This document shows positions 31,123 to 41,800 of a DNA stretch of 64,000 nt, piece by piece (positions within the stretch are counted from its first letter, which is position 1; each line of letters opens with the position of its first letter). The notes beneath the pieces were generated by a model. That model saw nothing but the letters and a program-made list of their open reading frames with translations, searched no databases and had not been told where the DNA came from. Source of the DNA: Candidatus Dormiibacterota bacterium (GTDB lineage: Bacteria > Chloroflexota > Dormibacteria > Aeolococcales > Aeolococcaceae); the NCBI GenBank assembly GCA_963709585.1, contig CAVPXI010000007.1:96001-160000 (forward strand), read 5' to 3'. Made by a program: the position numbers and the translations under genes.

Positions 31123-33492
31123 ATGGCCGTGGTGAGCACCCTGACCCCTTCCACCGGCAGCGTCGACCTCGACGCGCTCGTCACCTCGTGGAGTGCAGCC
31201 AACTACCTGACCGTCGCCCAGATCTACCTCCAGGCGAACCCGCTCCTCCGGGAGCCGCTCACCGCCGAGCACATCAAGCCGCGGCTGCTCGGGCACTGGG
31301 GAACATCACCGGCACTGAGCCTGATCTATGTCCAGCTCAACCGTCTGATCCAGCAGCGCGACTGCGATGTGCTCTACATCGCCGGTCCCGGTCACGGCGG
31401 CCCGGCAATCGTCGCCAACGTCTACCTCGAAGGCACGTACTCGGAGATCTACCCCGCGGTCTCGCTCGATGAGCCCGGGCTGCTCCGGCTCGTCCGTCAG
31501 TTCTCGACACCGGGCGGCATCCCCAGCCACGTGAGTGTCCCGACCCCGGGTTCCATCCACGAGGGCGGTGAGCTGGGCTACGCGCTGGCACATGGGTTCG
31601 GGGCAGTTTTCGACAATCCCGACCTGATCGCGGCGTGTGTCGTCGGCGACGGCGAGGCCGAGACCGGCCCGCTCGAAGGATCGTGGAAGGGGGTGAGCTT
31701 CCTCGACCCGCGGCGTGACGGCGCCGTGCTGCCGATCCTGCAGCTCAACGGGTACAAGATCAGCGGGCCCACGGTTCTCGGGCGCGCTCGCGAGCAGGAC
31801 GTCAGCGGATTGCTGGGCGCCCATGGATACGATGTGCGCATCGTCGCCGGCGACGACCCGCGTGGCGTGCACGAGGAGTTCGCGCAGACTCTCGACGCCT
31901 GCTATGAGCGGATTCGCGAGATCCAGTCGGCGGCGCGCAGCGGCGCACGTGCGGAGCGCGCCGCGTGGCCCGCGATCGTGCTGCGCACTCCCAAAGGCTG
32001 GACCGGCCCCAAGTTCGTCGATGGCCTGCCGGTCGAAGGAACCTTCCGCGCCCATCAGGTCCCGCTCGACAACGTGCGCACCAACCCCGCCCACCTCGCC
32101 CAGCTCGAGGAGTGGATGCGCAGCTATCGACCCGACGAGCTCTTCGACAGTGGGGGCGTACCCGTCGACGCAGTGACCTCACTCCGGCCGCGCGGCGACA
32201 AGCGTATGGGCGCATCTGCGTATGCCAATGGCGGAAGGCTGCTCCGCCCCCTGCAGCTTCCCGCATTCACTGACTACGCGATGCCGGTCGATCCTGGAGT
32301 CACCGTCGCGGAGTCGACACGGCGGCTCGGTGAGTGGATTCGCGACATCTACCGCGACAATCCAGACAACTTTCGCCTCTTCTGCCCGGACGAGACCAAC
32401 AGCAACCGGCTTGGCGCAGTGTTCGACATCGAGACCCGCTGCTTCGAGGAAGCGACCATCCCGATCGACGATCATGTCAGCGCCGGGGGGCGCGTGATGG
32501 AGGTGCTGTCGGAGCACCTCTGTGAAGGCTGGCTCGAGGGATACCTGCTCACCGGCAGGCACGGGTTGTTCGCGACCTACGAGGCATTCGCGATGGTCTC
32601 CGCGTCGATGACCGTCCAGCACGCGAAGTGGCTCGAGGCAGCGCGCGGACTCCACTGGCGTGAACCGGTCGCGGCGCTGAACGTGCTGCTGACGTCTACG
32701 TGCTGGCGCAACGACCACAACGGTTTCAGCCACCAGGGACCGGGCCTCATCGACACCGTGATGGCCATGAGCGGTGACGTGGTCCGCGTATATCTGCCAC
32801 CGGACGCGAACTGCCTGCTCTCGGTCGCGGATCACTGCCTCACCAGTCGCAACTACGTAAACCTGATCGTCATCGACAAGCAGCCGGAGCTGCAGTACCT
32901 GTCGATGGACGAGGCGATCAAGCACTGCGCTCGTGGCGCGTCGACCTGGGCATGGGCGTCAAACCGCGGTGAGGGCGAGCCCGACGTGGTGCTCGGCTGC
33001 GCCGGCGACATCCCGACACTGGAAACGCTCGGCGCTGCCGCTCTGCTTCGCGAGCACGTGCCCGATCTGCGCTTCCGCGTGGTCAACGTCGTGGACCTGC
33101 TGGCGATGAGTTCCGCGCCGTTCCACCCGCACGCGCTGAGTCCCGAGAGCTTCGCCGAGCTGTTCACCGATGACGTTGACGTGGTGATGGCGTTTCACGG
33201 GTATGCGAGAGCCTTCCACCAGGTCGTGCACGGCCGGCCGAACGCCGCTCGCTTCCATGTGCGTGGGTACAACGAGCACGGCACGACCACCACGCCGTTC
33301 GACATGGTCGTGCTCAACGAGATGAGCCGCTACCACCTCGCCATGGAGGCGCTGCGCCGCTCAGGGCGCACTCCCGCCGGCGCCGCCGAGCTGAACGAGT
33401 ACTGCGCCGCTCAGCTGCGGCGGCACCACGCGTACGTTCGTGAGCATTTCGAGGACATGCCCGAGATCCGTGAGTGGCGGTGGCCCGGATGA
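31123..33492 (+). CDS. xfp: Phosphoketolase (Xfp/Xpk)
   Basis: KPRLLGHWGT, GPGHG, HEGGELGY, GDGEAETG, NDHNGFSHQ. Confidence 0.96.
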   Translation: MAVVSTLTPSTGSVDLDALVTSWSAANYLTVAQIYLQANPLLREPLTAEHIKPRLLGHWGTSPALSLIYVQLNRLIQQRDCDVLYIAGPGHGGPAIVANVYLEGTYSEIYPAVSLDEPGLLRLVRQFSTPGGIPSHVSVPTPGSIHEGGELGYALAHGFGAVFDNPDLIAACVVGDGEAETGPLEGSWKGVSFLDPRRDGAVLPILQLNGYKISGPTVLGRAREQDVSGLLGAHGYDVRIVAGDDPRGVHEEFAQTLDACYERIREIQSAARSGARAERAAWPAIVLRTPKGWTGPKFVDGLPVEGTFRAHQVPLDNVRTNPAHLAQLEEWMRSYRPDELFDSGGVPVDAVTSLRPRGDKRMGASAYANGGRLLRPLQLPAFTDYAMPVDPGVTVAESTRRLGEWIRDIYRDNPDNFRLFCPDETNSNRLGAVFDIETRCFEEATIPIDDHVSAGGRVMEVLSEHLCEGWLEGYLLTGRHGLFATYEAFAMVSASMTVQHAKWLEAARGLHWREPVAALNVLLTSTCWRNDHNGFSHQGPGLIDTVMAMSGDVVRVYLPPDANCLLSVADHCLTSRNYVNLIVIDKQPELQYLSMDEAIKHCARGASTWAWASNRGEGEPDVVLGCAGDIPTLETLGAAALLREHVPDLRFRVVNVVDLLAMSSAPFHPHALSPESFAELFTDDVDVVMAFHGYARAFHQVVHGRPNAARFHVRGYNEHGTTTTPFDMVVLNEMSRYHLAMEALRRSGRTPAGAAELNEYCAAQLRRHHAYVREHFEDMPEIREWRWPG

Positions 33493-33527
33493 GGGCGGCC
33501 AACTCGCGAACCGCCCCGGGCTGAGCG

Positions 33528-34601
33528 ATGCGCATCCTCGCCGTCAATGCGGGCTCGAGCAGCCTGAAGCTGAGCGTGGTCGACGGCAATGACCGGATCG
33601 AGGACGAGCAGCAGACCGACGGCGATGCCGATCCCATCGCCGCCCTGCGCGACTTCGCCGCGCGGGTGGGCGATGTCGACGCGGTCGCCCACAGGCTGGT
33701 GCATGGCGGGGCGGCTGTCCGGCACGCGACCCTGGTCGATGATGCGGTGCGTCAGCAGCTCGATGCGGCGATCGAGCTTGCGCCGCTCCATGTGCCACCC
33801 GCGCTCGCGCTCCTCGACGCGGCGCGCGCGGCAATCGACCGTCCCCAGATCGTCTGCGTCGACACCGCGTTTCACGCGGGTATCCCGGAGTTCGCGACGA
33901 CGTACGCGGTGCCGGCGCACTGGCGCGCGTGGGGAGTACGCCGCTACGGTTTCCATGGCCTCTCGTACGCGTGGTCGAGCCGGCGCAGCGCGGAATTGCT
34001 GCATCGGCCGGTCGACGGGTTGCATGTCGTGATCGCGCACATCGGGTCCGGGGTCTCCGCGTGCGCGGTCCGCGACGGACGTAGTGCGGACACGAGCATG
34101 GGGTTCACGCCGCTCGAAGGCGCGGTGATGGCGTCGCGCAGCGGCACCATTGACCCGGGCGCGCTGCTCTGGCTCCAGGATTACCACGGGGTCACGGTCG
34201 GGGCGATGACCAGATCACTCGAGCACGGGAGCGGGCTCTTCGGCCTCTGCGGCATGTCCGACGTGCGCGATGTCGAGCGTGAGGCCGCACTCGGCAATGC
34301 GGCATGCATAGCAGCCCTGGACGTGTACGTCCACGTGCTCAGCCGCGTCATCGGCGGTCTCGCCACATCGCTCGACCGCATCGACGCGCTGGTATTCACC
34401 GGCGGGGTGGGTGAGCACTCGGCGTTGATCCGCAACAGGGTGTGCTCCCGACTCAGCCTGCTCGGCCTCCCCGAGGCGCTGAGTCCAGCCGACGGCGACG
34501 CCGTCATCGGACCCGCGGGCCGGCGCCCGGCTGTTGTTGTGGTGACCGCTCGTGAGGATGCGGAGATGGCGCGTGAGGCGCGCCAGGTGCTGGGCGGGTA
34601 G
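33528..34601 (+). CDS. ackA: Acetate kinase
   Basis: VNAGSSSLK, HRLVHGG, DTAFH, YGFHGLSY, FTGGVGE. Confidence 0.93.
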   Translation: MRILAVNAGSSSLKLSVVDGNDRIEDEQQTDGDADPIAALRDFAARVGDVDAVAHRLVHGGAAVRHATLVDDAVRQQLDAAIELAPLHVPPALALLDAARAAIDRPQIVCVDTAFHAGIPEFATTYAVPAHWRAWGVRRYGFHGLSYAWSSRRSAELLHRPVDGLHVVIAHIGSGVSACAVRDGRSADTSMGFTPLEGAVMASRSGTIDPGALLWLQDYHGVTVGAMTRSLEHGSGLFGLCGMSDVRDVEREAALGNAACIAALDVYVHVLSRVIGGLATSLDRIDALVFTGGVGEHSALIRNRVCSRLSLLGLPEALSPADGDAVIGPAGRRPAVVVVTAREDAEMAREARQVLGG

Positions 34602-34641
34602 TCCGCGACGCGGGGTTGGGCTACCGCTATGCTCCGCCGTC

Positions 34642-35271
34642 ATGGCCGACTGGGTGACGATCTCCGCGCTCGCGACCGCCGGCGGAACCCTCGTCCTCGC
34701 GGTGGCCACGTTCTCATCGGTCCGCTCGGCCAACCGCGCCGCGCGCGCGGCGGAGCGGTCGCTGCTCGCCGGGTTGCGTCCCGTGCTCATGGCGTCGCGC
34801 CTTCAGGATCCGCCGCAGAAGGTGTCGTTCTTCGACCAGCACTGGGTGACCATCGAGGGCGGCCACGCGGCGTTCGAGGTCAGTCCGCAGGCGATCTACC
34901 TCGTCATCGGCCTTCGCAATGCCGGTTCCGGCATCGCCGTGCTCCACGGCTGGTACTTCTACCCCGAGCGCATCGCCGGTGCCGAACCGGCGGACACCAA
35001 AGACTTTCGCCGCCTCACCCGTGACATCTACGTTCCCGCCGGAGACACCGGCTTCTGGCAGGGCGCGTTTCGCGACCCCAACGAGCCGGTGTTCGCGGCG
35101 GCCCGGGACGCGGCGACATCAGCCCGACCGGTCACGATCGATCTGCTCTACGGAGACCACGAGGGCGGGCAGCGAATGATCAGCCGCTTCGCCCTGTCGT
35201 CGACGCCGAGCGGTGCGTGGCTAGCGACCGTTGGACGGCACTGGAACCTCGACCGGCCCAACCCTCGCTAG
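34642..35271 (+). CDS. Hypothetical protein with N-terminal membrane anchor
   Basis: N-terminal TM (ISALATAGGTLVLAVATF); GC3-rich codons; TATGCT 8 nt upstream. Confidence 0.75.
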   Translation: MADWVTISALATAGGTLVLAVATFSSVRSANRAARAAERSLLAGLRPVLMASRLQDPPQKVSFFDQHWVTIEGGHAAFEVSPQAIYLVIGLRNAGSGIAVLHGWYFYPERIAGAEPADTKDFRRLTRDIYVPAGDTGFWQGAFRDPNEPVFAAARDAATSARPVTIDLLYGDHEGGQRMISRFALSSTPSGAWLATVGRHWNLDRPNPR

Positions 35272-35354
35272 CGCCGCAGGCATGGCTCGCAGTCGCGCTT
35301 TCCTGGTCGACGATGCGACACGCACCTGTCGTCCACGGCGTCCAGTGTGTGGCT

Positions 35355-35750
35355 ATGACCTACACCGTCGACGACGCCCGCGCCTATATCGCCACGGTGC
35401 GCTGGCAGTTCGCTAAAACCATGCCGCAGTGGCCCCACGAGTACACGGTCCTGCAGTGGCGGCAGGACCTCGAACCCGAGTTCCGGGCGTTCGTCGCGTT
35501 GATTCGCACCGAGGGAGCCATCAAGCCGTGGCCTCGCGACTCCGGAAACCCCCGCTATCACCACACCTATCTGGAATTGGGGGAGTGGGAGTACTGGACG
35601 ATGGGGGAGCCCGTCGATGAGACCACGCTGATCAACCGCGCGCTGCTACCGGGAGTCGGTCTCGGCGTCGACGTCCTGCCCACGCGTCAAGAAGAGCGCC
35701 ACGGCCAGGACGAGAATGACCGCAGCATTGGTTCCGAGTTCCAGCAATGA
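35355..35750 (+). CDS. Hypothetical Trp/Tyr-rich protein
   Basis: WQFAKTMPQWPHEY...YWTMG...LINRA, a conserved-looking pattern. Confidence 0.72.
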   Translation: MTYTVDDARAYIATVRWQFAKTMPQWPHEYTVLQWRQDLEPEFRAFVALIRTEGAIKPWPRDSGNPRYHHTYLELGEWEYWTMGEPVDETTLINRALLPGVGLGVDVLPTRQEERHGQDENDRSIGSEFQQ

Positions 35751-36201
35751 CTGCGTAATGGGTGTCGCTCCGGTGGTTGATCCGGAGGACAGGGTGAGCC
35801 GAGTTCGAGACCGCCAGAATGTCTCGGACAGCGGCGATGATCCCGATGACCAGAAAGGGTCGAAACGGAAACCCCCACCCCTCGAGATGGGTGAGAACAG
35901 TCCGCATGATGTCGACGAGGATGATGACCACGAGCACCCCGTCGATAGCGCTGATCAGGGACTGCGTGTAGTTGGGCGCTGCCGCATTGAGCGACGTCAC
36001 GAAGGTGATGAAACTTCGTACCAGCACCACCGCCGCGAGCACCAGCAGCACGACGGCGACGCCGTACTGGACGAGGTCGATGAAGATCCGGAGCGGCGTC
36101 CCCCGGCGTATTTCCGGCCACGACCAGACGCCACCGCCTTCACCCGCTCCTCTCTCAATCAGCGGCGTCTCGGTGGGGCTAGCACCCGGCTCAGTGGCCA
36201 T
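35646..36201 (-). CDS. PsiE-family membrane protein; frameshift near 35790
   Basis: LVVIILVDIMRTV, PFLVIGIIAAVRDIL; C-terminal LELG...VLAVALF in a shifted frame. Confidence 0.8.
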
Positions 36202-36306
36202 ACAGTGCGGATCAGTCTAGGGCGACGAGGAGTGATTGAGTGCGAATCTTCGAGCCAATCCGTGATCGCCCGTGCGCGAAGCTCATCATGCGGCAAACTG
36301 ACTGAC

Positions 36307-36702
36307 GTGACCCTGAGCGCGCTCAACCCACCTGCACTCCCGACCCCGACAGGCTATTCACAGGTCGTCGTCGCCACGGGCTCGCGCATGATCTTCGTTG
36401 CAGGACAGGTGTCGCTAGACCGCGAGGGCAACCTCGTAGCACCCGGCGATGCGGTCGGACAGGCGCGGCAGGCATTCGCGAATTTCAGAACCGCGGTCGA
36501 GGCCGCGGGGGCGTCGATCGAAGACGTGACCAAGATCACCTGGTATGTGGTGGGATATCGCTCGGAGCTGCTTCCCGAGCTCGCGGCCGCCCGCAACGAG
36601 GTGTTTGAAGGGCATGCCCCCGCAAGCACGCTCGTGGGGGTGAGCGTCCTTGCCCAACCTCAGTTTCTGGTAGAAGTCGAAGGCATCGCCGTCGTCGATT
36701 AA
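36307..36702 (+). CDS. RidA/YjgF family protein
   Basis: GYSQVV, FVAGQV, PASTLVGV, LVEVE. Confidence 0.92.
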   Translation: MTLSALNPPALPTPTGYSQVVVATGSRMIFVAGQVSLDREGNLVAPGDAVGQARQAFANFRTAVEAAGASIEDVTKITWYVVGYRSELLPELAAARNEVFEGHAPASTLVGVSVLAQPQFLVEVEGIAVVD

Positions 36703-36707
36703 ACTAA

Positions 36708-36738
36708 GAGACACGTCCCGACGAGCGGAACGTGTCTC
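36708..36738. terminator. Hairpin between convergent genes
   Basis: GAGACACGT...ACGTGTCTC 9-bp inverted repeat plus inner CCG/CGG. Confidence 0.6.
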
Positions 36739-36766
36739 CTCAAAGAGGTCTGCGGGAACCTATCCC

Positions 36767-36922
36767 TCAGTAGTAATGGCGCCGGCCGCCCACTGCATGC
36801 CCAGCCATCCCGAGCAGTTCGAGCACCACTCCGATGACGATCAGAATGACACCAATGGTCACCAGGATCGGGATCGCGGCCAGCAGCCCGATGATGAGCA
36901 AAACAATGCCAAGAATGATCAT
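36767..36922 (-). CDS. Small membrane protein, DUF6131-like (absent from the ORF track)
   Basis: AGGAGG RBS; MIILGIVLLIIGLLAAIPILVTIGVILIVIGVVLELLGMAGHAVGGRRHYY. Confidence 0.85.
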   Translation of the reverse strand: MIILGIVLLIIGLLAAIPILVTIGVILIVIGVVLELLGMAGHAVGGRRHYY

Positions 36923-36974
36923 GCGTCGCCTCCTGTGATTGCCAAATTCATGCGTTCAGGTCCGGAACCGATGG

Positions 36975-37193
36975 TCAGATCGGACGATCGTCGATGGTCG
37001 TCACATCAGTTCTGCGGGAACCGACTCCGCCCCAGGACGACCAGAACATCAGCGACAGGATGATGCCGAGCGCGCCGACCCCCATCAGGATGTAGCCGAT
37101 GGTGTGAAGGTCGACGCCGTTGGCGGTCACGTGGATCGCGAACGCCAGCACGGCTCCAACCGCGATCAGGAAGATGCCCACTCCAAGGCCCAT
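36975..37193 (-). CDS. Small membrane protein, DUF6458-like
   Basis: AAGGAGG RBS; MGLGVGIFLIAVGAVLAFA...GYILM..G. Confidence 0.85.
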   Translation of the reverse strand: MGLGVGIFLIAVGAVLAFAIHVTANGVDLHTIGYILMGVGALGIILSLMFWSSWGGVGSRRTDVTTIDDRPI

Positions 37194-37253
37194 CGAAAGT
37201 ACCTCCTTGCTCCCTAGCTGGTCTCTCAGCTAGCTTGTTATCACCGGTGTAGG

Positions 37254-37288
37254 TGATGTGGATATTGATACTATCACATATGACATCA
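37254..37288. promoter_or_regulatory. AT-rich imperfect palindrome, putative operator
   Basis: TGATGT-GGATAT-TGATA-C-TATCA-CATATG-ACATCA upstream of the two small membrane protein genes. Confidence 0.5.
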
Positions 37289-37403
37289 AATCCACGGTAG
37301 GATTGCCCATGGCCGCTGCGAGCGCCAAGGCCCAGGCACCGCCGGTATGGCATGGTCGCAACCCCACCTCCCGCGGCACCGGGACAGCCGCAAGCCCGAC
37401 CGG

Positions 37404-38837
37404 CTACGGGAGCCGCACCACCCCGGTGAGATACGCGTCGCAGCTGCGAGCCGCGGCGCGACCGTCCGCAATCGCCCAGACGATCAACGAGGCACCGCGG
37501 ACCGCATCCCCGGCGGCGAACACGCCGGGGGTGCTGCAGGCAAACGCCTCGTCCACGGCAACGTTGCCGGCACGATCGAACGTCACCGACAGCTCATCGA
37601 GCAACGTCGATCGCTTTGGTCCGTCGTAGCCGATCGCAACCAGGACGAGGTCGGCGTCGATGTGCACCTCCTCACCGGGCAAGGCAACGAAGGTGCGGTT
37701 CCCGTTCTCGCGGCGCGCCTCGACGCGAGTGGCGTGGACGCCTCGCACCGCGCCATGCTCGCCCTCGAATCCGGTGACCATCAGGCCGAATTCGCGTGAG
37801 CCTCCCTCGTCGTGGGCGGGGTAGGTGCGCAGGATCAACGGCCACTGTGGCCACGGAGTTTCGTCCGGTCGCGTGTTGGGTGGTTGCGCATAGATGTACA
37901 GCTGCTGCACGTCGGTGCACTGCTCGCGGATCACATTGCCAAGGCAGTCGGCGCCGGTATCGCCACCGCCGATGATGATCACCTTTCGCCCCTGCGCGGT
38001 GATTGCGGGTTGCGCGTCGACGCGCTCGCCGGCGACCCTCCGGTTCTGCTGCACCAGGTAGTCCATCGCGAAATGAACCCCCTGCAGCTCGCGTCCGGGG
38101 ACGCCGACATCGCGCGGTCGATCGGCACCGACCCCGAGCACCACCGCATCGAAACGCTCGCGCAACTTCTCGGCGGTCACGTCGACGCCGATGTCGTATC
38201 CGGTCTCGAAGATGATGCCCTCCGCCTCGAGCAGATCGATGCGCCGGTCGAGGACCCACTTCTCCATCTTGAAGTCGGGGATCCCGTACCGGAGGAGGCC
38301 ACCGATGCGGTCGGAGCGCTCGAACACGGTCACGCGGTGGCCGGCGCGGTTGAGCTGCTGTGCCGCGGCGAGTCCGGCGGGCCCGGATCCGATGACGGCG
38401 ACGCGCCGCCCGGTGCGGTGCGCGGGCGGCTCGGCGCGGATCCATCCTTCGTCGAAGGCCCGATCGATGATGGACTGTTCGATCTGCTTGATCGCGACCG
38501 GGTCATCGTTGATGGCGAGCACGCATGCCGGTTCGCATGGCGCGGGGCAGAGACGCCCGGTGAACTCCGGGAAGTTGTTGGTGGCGTGGAGGCGCTCCAC
38601 CGCACCCTTCCAGTCATCGCGGAAGACGAGGTCGTTCCATTCGGGGATGAGATTGCCGAGCGGACATCCGTGGTGGCAGAACGCGACCCCGCAGTCCATG
38701 CACCGCGACCCCTGGTCGCGCAACACCTGTAGCGGGAGCGGCAGGTAGACCTCGCGGTAGTCGCCGATGCGTTCGGCAACCGGTCGCTTGTGGGCGGTGT
38801 GCCGCGTGTGCTCGAGGAACCCGGTGCGCGCCGGCAT
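37404..38837 (-). CDS. gltD: Glutamate synthase small subunit
   Basis: RCMDCG..FC...CP, NNFPEFTGRLCPAPCE, GSGPAG, GGGDTG. Confidence 0.96.
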   Translation of the reverse strand: MPARTGFLEHTRHTAHKRPVAERIGDYREVYLPLPLQVLRDQGSRCMDCGVAFCHHGCPLGNLIPEWNDLVFRDDWKGAVERLHATNNFPEFTGRLCPAPCEPACVLAINDDPVAIKQIEQSIIDRAFDEGWIRAEPPAHRTGRRVAVIGSGPAGLAAAQQLNRAGHRVTVFERSDRIGGLLRYGIPDFKMEKWVLDRRIDLLEAEGIIFETGYDIGVDVTAEKLRERFDAVVLGVGADRPRDVGVPGRELQGVHFAMDYLVQQNRRVAGERVDAQPAITAQGRKVIIIGGGDTGADCLGNVIREQCTDVQQLYIYAQPPNTRPDETPWPQWPLILRTYPAHDEGGSREFGLMVTGFEGEHGAVRGVHATRVEARRENGNRTFVALPGEEVHIDADLVLVAIGYDGPKRSTLLDELSVTFDRAGNVAVDEAFACSTPGVFAAGDAVRGASLIVWAIADGRAAARSCDAYLTGVVRLP

Positions 38838-41800
38838 CAGCTCACCAATTGGAGTTGGGCGCGAAGCGCGCGACGATATTCTTCCGGCATCACCTTCACG
38901 AAGTGCTCGCGCTCCTGAGCCCAGCCGCGGAGCAATCGCATGGCCACTGTGCTCCCGGTGAGCCCGGCATGCTGCTCGAGCAGTCCACGAACCAGCTCAT
39001 GATCATCGACACCGAGCGGCTCGAGAGCCACCGACGCCCGATTGCAGCGCTCGGCAAACTGACGTTCCGCGTCCAGCACGTACGCAACCCCACCACTCAT
39101 CCCTGCGGCGAAGTTCCGCCCGGTCGCGCCGAGCACGAGCACCGTACCTCCCGTCATGTACTCGCACCCGTGATCCCCAACTCCCTCGACCACCGCAACC
39201 GCTCCAGAGTTGCGCACGCAGAAGCGCTCGCCCGCCACGCCGCGAATGAAGGCCTCCCCGGAGGTTGCGCCATACAGCGCAACGTTGCCGATGATGATGT
39301 TCTCCTCGGCTCGTCGCATTGAGGCTTGCGGTGGCAGGATGACGAGCCGGCCGCCGGAGAGTCCCTTGCCGACGTAGTCATTTGCCTCACCGCGAAGGGT
39401 CAGGGTGACCCCGTGCGCGAGCCAGGCGCCGAACGATTGCCCAGCGGCACCATCCAGCTCGACGTCGACGGTGCCGTCGGGAAGACCCGCCGCGCCGTAT
39501 CGGCGCGCGATCTCACCGCTGAGCATCGCCCCGACGCAGCGATGCACATTGCGCACGGCAAGCCGCAAGCGCACCGGCGCGCCGCTCTCGAGCGAGTCGC
39601 GGCAGTGGGCGATGAGCTCGTTGTCGAGCATGTCACCGAGATCGGCGGTCTGATGACTGCTGTGCCGGCGGTCCTCCGGGGAATCCACCTCGGGCACCAT
39701 CAGCAAGGGCTGGAGATCGAGGCCTCGCGCCTTCCAGTGGTCCACCGCGGGATTCGCCTCGATGAGATCGACGCGGCCGATCATGTCCTCGAAGCGGCGG
39801 AATCCGAGCCGCGACATCCAGCGCCTTACGTCCTCGGCGAGGAAGAGCATGAAGGCAACGACGTGCTCGGGGCGACCCGCGAACCTGGCGCGCAGCACGG
39901 GGTCCTGGGTGGCGATCCCGACCGGGCAGGTGTTGAGATGGCAGACGCGCATCATCACGCAGCCCGCCGCGATCAGCGGCGCAGTCGCGAACGCGAACTC
40001 GTCGGCGCCGAGGAGCGCCCCAACCACGACATCGCGTCCGGTCTTCATCTGACCGTCGGCCAGGAGCGTGACCCGGCTGCGAAGCCTCTGCCGGGTCAGG
40101 ACTTGCTGCGCTTCGGCGAGCCCAAGCTCCCACGGCACCCCCGCGTGCTTGATCGCGGTCAGCGGCGACGCGCCGGTACCGCCCTCGTAGCCGGCGATGA
40201 CGATGTGATCGGCGCGCGCCTTGGCCACACCTGCGGCCACCGTGCCGACCCCTGCCTCGGCAACGAGCTTCACGCTGATCCGCGCGTCGGGATTGACGCA
40301 GCGCAGGTCCCAGATGAGCTGTGCAAGGTCCTCGATCGAATAGATGTCGTGGTGCGGCGGCGGAGAGATAAGGCCCACGCCGGGCGTGGAATGGCGGAGG
40401 AGAGCGATCGCGTCATCCACCTTGAATCCGGGCAATTGACCGCCCTCACCAGGCTTGGCCCCCTGCGCGATCTTGATCTGCAGCTCGTCCGCGTTCACGA
40501 GGTAATGGGCGGTGACGCCGAAGCGCGCCGAGGCCACCTGCTTGATCGCGCTCCGCCGCCAGTCGCCGTTGGCATCCGGCTCGAAGCGCGCGGAGTCCTC
40601 TCCTCCCTCGCCGGTGTTGGATCGAGCTCCAATGCGGTTCATCGCGATCGCGAGCAGCTCGTGCGCCTCCTTGCCGAGCGAGCCGTGCGACATGCCTCCG
40701 GTCGAGAAGCGGCGGACAATCTCCAGCGCCGGCTCGACCTCATCCAGGGGCACGGGAGCAGGCGACTCGTGGAGCACGAAGAGGCCGCGCAGGTTCTTCA
40801 ACCGGCGCGACTCGTCATCGGCGAGCGCGACGTACCGTCGAAACGCCGGCTCGTCATTGGCCTTGACCGCGTGCTGGAGCGCGCCGATCACCTCGGGATT
40901 CCATTGATGCAGCTCACCGTCGCGGCGCCATCGGTACTCGCCGCGGTCCTCCAGGGTCGGGGGCGTGACCCGCACGTCCGGGAACGCTCGCTGGTGGCGC
41001 GCGATCGCCTCGGCGGCGATCACGTCGATGCCGATGCCGCCGATGCGCGAGGGGGTATTCGGGAAGTAGCGATCGACGACGGTCCGGTTGATGCCGAGAC
41101 ACTCGAAGATCTGCGCGCTGCAGTACGACTGGATCGTCGAGATGCCCATGCGCGCGATGGTCTTGCGCAGCCCCTTGACGAGTGCCTGAAGGTAGAGTTC
41201 CTCGGCGCGCGCGGCGTCGACCGTCGGAGGCATCAGGTCGCGGCGCGCGATGTCAGCGATCGTCTCGAATGCGAGGTACGGGTTGACCGCCTCGGCGCCG
41301 TAGCCGATCAGCAGCGCGAGGTGCATCACCTCGCGCGCTTCGCCGGTCTCGATCACCAGGCCGACGCCGGTGCGCGTCTGCTCGCGGACCAGATGCTGGT
41401 GCACCGCGGCCGTGGCGAGGAGCGACGGGATGGGCACGTGCGAGGCGTCGATATGCCGGTCGCTGAGGATCAGCACGGTGGCGCCGGCCTCGATCTGCTT
41501 CGAGGCAAGCCTGCAGATGCGCTCGATGCCGGCAACCAATCCCGGCCGCGCCGGCGTCACGATGGAAGACCATCGAGATCGTCTCCGCGGGGAACTGGCG
41601 CTGGGTCACGTGCCGGAGCTTCTCCAGGTCGTGGTTGGTGAGCACCGGGTGGGGCATCTCGAGCCGCTTTGCCTGTGCCGGCCCCTGCTCGAGAAGGTTC
41701 CCTCCGGCGCCGAGGGTGGTCACCAGCGACATCACCGCCTGCTCGCGAATGGGGTCGATCGGCGGGTTGGTGACCTGCGCGAACAGCTGTTTGAAGTAGT

